From: Candidatus Sumerlaeia bacterium | GTDB taxonomy: Bacteria > Sumerlaeota > Sumerlaeia > SLMS01 | Direction: 5' to 3' | NCBI GenBank assembly: GCA_038208905.1 | Contig: JBBQYG010000065.1 | Coordinates: 1 to 18,959 of the forward strand | DNA: 18,959 bases | Part shown: positions 15,998 through 18,959 of the stretch, one piece after another | How the letters are laid out: every line of letters begins with the position of its first letter | How positions within the stretch are numbered: the first letter of the stretch is position 1 | The notes under the pieces: generated by a model | What the model was told of the DNA's origin: nothing | What the model saw: only the letters and a program-made list of their open reading frames with translations | Database searches by the model: none | Made by a program: the position numbers and the translations under genes

Positions 15998-17218
15998 TTG
16001 GCCAAGCTGTCTGTTCAGAACGTGGATGTGAAGGGCAAGCGCGTCCTTGTGCGCTGCGATTTCAATGTGCCCCTCGATAAGCAACTCAACATCACCGACG
16101 ACTCCCGCATCACTGAGAGCCTTCCCACCATCAAGCATTTGATCGCCCAGGGCGCCCGCGTCATCCTCGCGTCCCACCTTGGGCGGCCCGATGGCGCCGT
16201 GGTGCCGGCGATGTCGCTCAAGCCCGTGGCGGAGCGCCTGTCGCAGCTCCTCGGCAAGGCCGTCGCCCTCGCGCCGGACTGCGTCGGCCCCGAAACCGAG
16301 AAGCTTGCCAAGGCGCTGAAGGACGGCGACGTGCTGCTGCTCGAGAACGTCCGCTTCCACAAGGAAGAGGACGAGAAGAAGAACAAGGAGACCAAGAAGT
16401 TCAGCGACGCGCGCCAGGCCTTTGCCCGCCAGCTCGCGGGCCTCGCCGAGGTGTTCGTCAACGACGCCTTCGGCACCGCCCACCGCGACCACGTCTCCAC
16501 CTGCGGCGTCACCCAGTTCCTCAAGCCCAGCGCCTGCGGCTTCCTGATCGAGAAGGAGCTGAAGTACCTCAAGGAGGCCCTCGACAATCCCAAGCGTCCC
16601 CTTGTCGCGATCCTCGGCGGCGCCAAGGTCGGCTCCAAGATCGGCGTCATCAAGGCGCTCCTCGGCAAGGTGGACGTTCTCATCCTCGGCGGCGGAATGG
16701 TCTATACGTTCTACAAGGCCCAAGGCCTGGAGATCGGCAAGTCGCTTTTCGACGCGGAGTCCTTCGACACCGCCAAGGAACTGCTCGAAACATTCAAGAC
16801 GTCAAAGGCCCGTGTGCTCTTCCCGAGCGACGTTCTCGTGGCCGACGACTTCAAGGCCGGCGCCAACACCCGCATCGTTCCCATCACCGCGATCCCCGAG
16901 GGCTGGGAAGGCGTGGACATCGGCCCGGAGTCGCTGAAGTCCTTCTCCGAGGAGATCTCCAACGCCGGCACCGTGGTGTGGAACGGCCCCGTCGGCGTGT
17001 TCGAGGTGGAGGACTTCGCCAAGGGCACCAAGGGGATCGCCCAGGCGCTCGCTTCCTCCGGCGCCATCACCATCATTGGCGGCGGAGATAGCGCCGCCGC
17101 CATCCTCAAGTTCGGCCTCAAGGACGAGATGACCCACATCTCCACCGGCGGCGGAGCCAGCCTCGAGTTCCTGGAAGGCAAGAAGCTCCCCGGCATCGAG
17201 GCCCTGGACGAAGTCTGA
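15998..17218 (+). CDS. pgk: Phosphoglycerate kinase
   Basis: GKRVLVRCDFNVP, LASHLGRP, LLENVRF, FVNDAFGTAHR, ILGGAKV, VWNGPVGVFE, IGGGDSAAA, HISTGGGASLEFLEG. True start TTG 15998 (GGAG SD 15987-15990), not 15728. Confidence 0.98.
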   Translation: MAKLSVQNVDVKGKRVLVRCDFNVPLDKQLNITDDSRITESLPTIKHLIAQGARVILASHLGRPDGAVVPAMSLKPVAERLSQLLGKAVALAPDCVGPETEKLAKALKDGDVLLLENVRFHKEEDEKKNKETKKFSDARQAFARQLAGLAEVFVNDAFGTAHRDHVSTCGVTQFLKPSACGFLIEKELKYLKEALDNPKRPLVAILGGAKVGSKIGVIKALLGKVDVLILGGGMVYTFYKAQGLEIGKSLFDAESFDTAKELLETFKTSKARVLFPSDVLVADDFKAGANTRIVPITAIPEGWEGVDIGPESLKSFSEEISNAGTVVWNGPVGVFEVEDFAKGTKGIAQALASSGAITIIGGGDSAAAILKFGLKDEMTHISTGGGASLEFLEGKKLPGIEALDEV

Positions 17219-17236
17219 AGCTGGAAGTGAATCGCT

Positions 17237-17274
17237 GGGGTGGGGGGCGCGTATTGTAAAGCCCCGCCCACCCC
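17237..17274. terminator. GC-rich hairpin between convergent pgk and holB
   Basis: GGGGTGG-GGGGC (17237-17248) pairs with GCCCC-GC-CCACCCC (17261-17274) with a 2-nt bulge; lies between two stop codons; no U-tract. Confidence 0.45.
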
Positions 17275-17284
17275 GCGTAAGCGC

Positions 17285-18604
17285 CTACGCCCACAGCGCC
17301 ATCTGCAGCGCCGCGCGGTCGTTGGGCAGGTATGGGTGCGCCAGCAGGCGCGTCGCCGCGACGAGGCGATCCGCCTCCTCGTCCAGCAGCGCGGGAGTGA
17401 TTGTCACCGAGTCGATCAGGTCCATCGCGTCGCCATGCACCAGCAGGTCCGGATGATCGGGGGCGCACGCGCGCACCAGGCGGTCGCGCGTGAAGCTAAG
17501 CAGCAGCCATAGCGACTCGTCGAACTTCCCGCCGCCGGCGATGCGGTCCGCCGCCGCCGCGATGGCACAGGTGCCGAAACGATCAATCTGCAGCCGTGCG
17601 TCGAAGACCTGTCGGCGCCGCTCCAGCAGCGACCCCTGAATCGCCGACAGCGCCACGCCGGGCCGCCCCTCGCTCAGCGCCGCCGCCACCTTCGCCAGTT
17701 CCGGGTCCAGCTTCTCCCGTTCCACCAGCATATCCACCAACACCTCCCGCGGAAGCGGCCCCATCGGAAGCACCGAACACCGCGACCGGATCGTTGGCAG
17801 CACCGACGACAACCGGTCGGCCACCAGGATCATGATCAGGTAGGAGGGCGGCTCCTCCAGCAGCTTCAGGATGCAGTTCCCCGCCTCCTGAGTGATCGTG
17901 TCGGCGCCCAGGATCATCACCACGCGATGCGTCCCCTCGATCGGCGGCACCGTCGCGATGTCCTGGAGGAAACGCACCTGGTCCACCACGATCGACCGCC
18001 GCCCACCCGCGGGCTCGATGATCGTCAGGTCCATGTGCGCCGCGTTGGATGGGCGCATGTCCTTGTCCCACTCCACCGGGTAGGACTTCTCGACGAGTCG
18101 GCACACGCGGTCGTCGTAGCCGACGAAATAGGGAGGATGGATGAGGGATGGGAAAGGAAGGGATGAGGTTTGAGGGATGAGGGATGGGCGAGGCGGGATG
18201 AGGGATGGCAACGGCGGGGATGGGGGAGAAGGGATGCGGGATGGCAACGGCGGGGATGGGGGAGGCGGGGTCGGGTCGCCGAAGAGGTCGGGCTCGTCGG
18301 GAGAGGCAAATAGATCTTCCTCCGCCTCTCCACCACCGAACATATCCCCGGGCTCATCGTCGGGAATCTTGCGCTTGGCCGGGGCGGGGCCAGGGGCGGA
18401 GAGGGTGATGCCACCCAGCGGCCTGCCGACGGAGAGCACAGCCTTGGCCAGGGCGAATGCAAGCGACCGCTTACCAATCGCATTCGGACCCGTCAGCAGG
18501 ATGGCGTGGGGCAGCCGCGCCGCCCCCAGCAGCCGCGGGAACAGCGCCCGGACACGGTCATGCCCCCAGAGGGTGTCGAAAAGGTGGGCCTGCGGAGGAA
18601 TCAC
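17285..18604 (-). CDS. holB: DNA polymerase III subunit delta' with a large low-complexity insertion
   Basis: LWGHDRV, RLPHAILLTGPNAIGKRSLAFALAKAVL, IVVDQVRFLQ, ADTITQEAGNCILKLLEEPP, SRC motif in VLPTIRSRC, AAALSEGRPGVAL. GTG start without a clear SD. Confidence 0.9.
   Translation of the reverse strand: MIPPQAHLFDTLWGHDRVRALFPRLLGAARLPHAILLTGPNAIGKRSLAFALAKAVLSVGRPLGGITLSAPGPAPAKRKIPDDEPGDMFGGGEAEEDLFASPDEPDLFGDPTPPPPSPPLPSRIPSPPSPPLPSLIPPRPSLIPQTSSLPFPSLIHPPYFVGYDDRVCRLVEKSYPVEWDKDMRPSNAAHMDLTIIEPAGGRRSIVVDQVRFLQDIATVPPIEGTHRVVMILGADTITQEAGNCILKLLEEPPSYLIMILVADRLSSVLPTIRSRCSVLPMGPLPREVLVDMLVEREKLDPELAKVAAALSEGRPGVALSAIQGSLLERRRQVFDARLQIDRFGTCAIAAAADRIAGGGKFDESLWLLLSFTRDRLVRACAPDHPDLLVHGDAMDLIDSVTITPALLDEEADRLVAATRLLAHPYLPNDRAALQMALWA
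18131..18270. repeat. GGGATG(A/G) heptamer-derived repeats and a 27-bp direct repeat inside holB
   Basis: Many GGGATG units; GGGATGGCAACGGCGGGGATGGGGGAG at 18202-18228 and 18238-18264 (36-nt period); translated as PPSPPLPS(R/L)I. Confidence 0.8.
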
Positions 18605-18637
18605 ATCGCCACTTTGTCAAGCATGGATACTTGATAA

Positions 18638-18959
18638 CTATCCAACCCGGCGGATCCGGGCAGGCTTGCCGCGTACCGCGCCCGCGGCGGGCTTTCGACG
18701 CCGCGTCTTGGGAGAAATATCGATGATCTTGTCCATCGGGAACTCCAGCTCATCGGCTAGTCCCAATTCGATAATCTCAATAGCCTCAACATACCGCTCG
18801 TCGCGGACCCACTTGCGAAGCGTGCGGCGGTTGATCGGCAGGTTCTCGATCATCCAGTTCTCCGATATCTGGTTCACGCGGCTGAACTCGCTGGACCAAG
18901 CCACGGCCCCGGCAAGGCGCGCTGCATCCTCACTGGACCATTTCATGGGGTGGAACAGG
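18638..18959 (-). CDS. Hypothetical protein, possibly the 3' part of a gene starting beyond the window
   Basis: Frame is open from the right edge (LFHP-MKWSSEDAARL...) to TAG at 18638; plausible composition with a basic C-terminal tail; no motif recognised. Confidence 0.55.
   Translation of the reverse strand, partial: LFHPMKWSSEDAARLAGAVAWSSEFSRVNQISENWMIENLPINRRTLRKWVRDERYVEAIEIIELGLADELEFPMDKIIDISPKTRRRKPAAGAVRGKPARIRRVG

Noticed and set aside
18202-18264. CRISPR array from the 27-bp direct repeat
   Set aside because: Only two copies, 9-nt spacer, low complexity, inside holB, no cas genes.
18605-18625. TTGACA on the minus strand just upstream of holB
   Set aside because: The -10 position would fall inside the gene and reads CTCCGC; not supportable.

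Overview
GC-rich bacterial chromosomal window, mostly housekeeping genes mixed with lineage-specific ones. Left to right: 5' part of uvrB (-), a small two-TM membrane protein (+), a nitrilase-family N-carbamoylputrescine amidase (-), a secreted multidomain trypsin-fold serine protease (+), a helical TPR-like protein (+), an apparently decayed TrkA/RCK ion-channel gene (+), a Trm112-like/SAM methyltransferase fusion coupled to an FbpB-type ABC permease (+), a glycine cleavage operon (gcvT-gcvH-gcvPA-orf-gcvPB, -) under a tandem glycine riboswitch with a k-turn leader, an IS3-family remnant, pgk (+), an atypical holB (-) and a partial unknown ORF (-). Most notable: (1) a HEPN/DUF4145-like gene with a degenerate catalytic motif inserted between gcvPA and gcvPB and translationally coupled to gcvPA; (2) a short C-terminal 'SAxxxWxLF' tail on the secreted protease that may be a lineage-specific sorting signal (recalled from Ca. 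Sumerlaeota proteins, unverified); (3) a HolB whose Zn module is replaced by acidic D[LM]F motifs and translated GGGATGA heptamer repeats that also occur between gcvT and gcvH. All calls come from reading motifs by eye; no searches were run.
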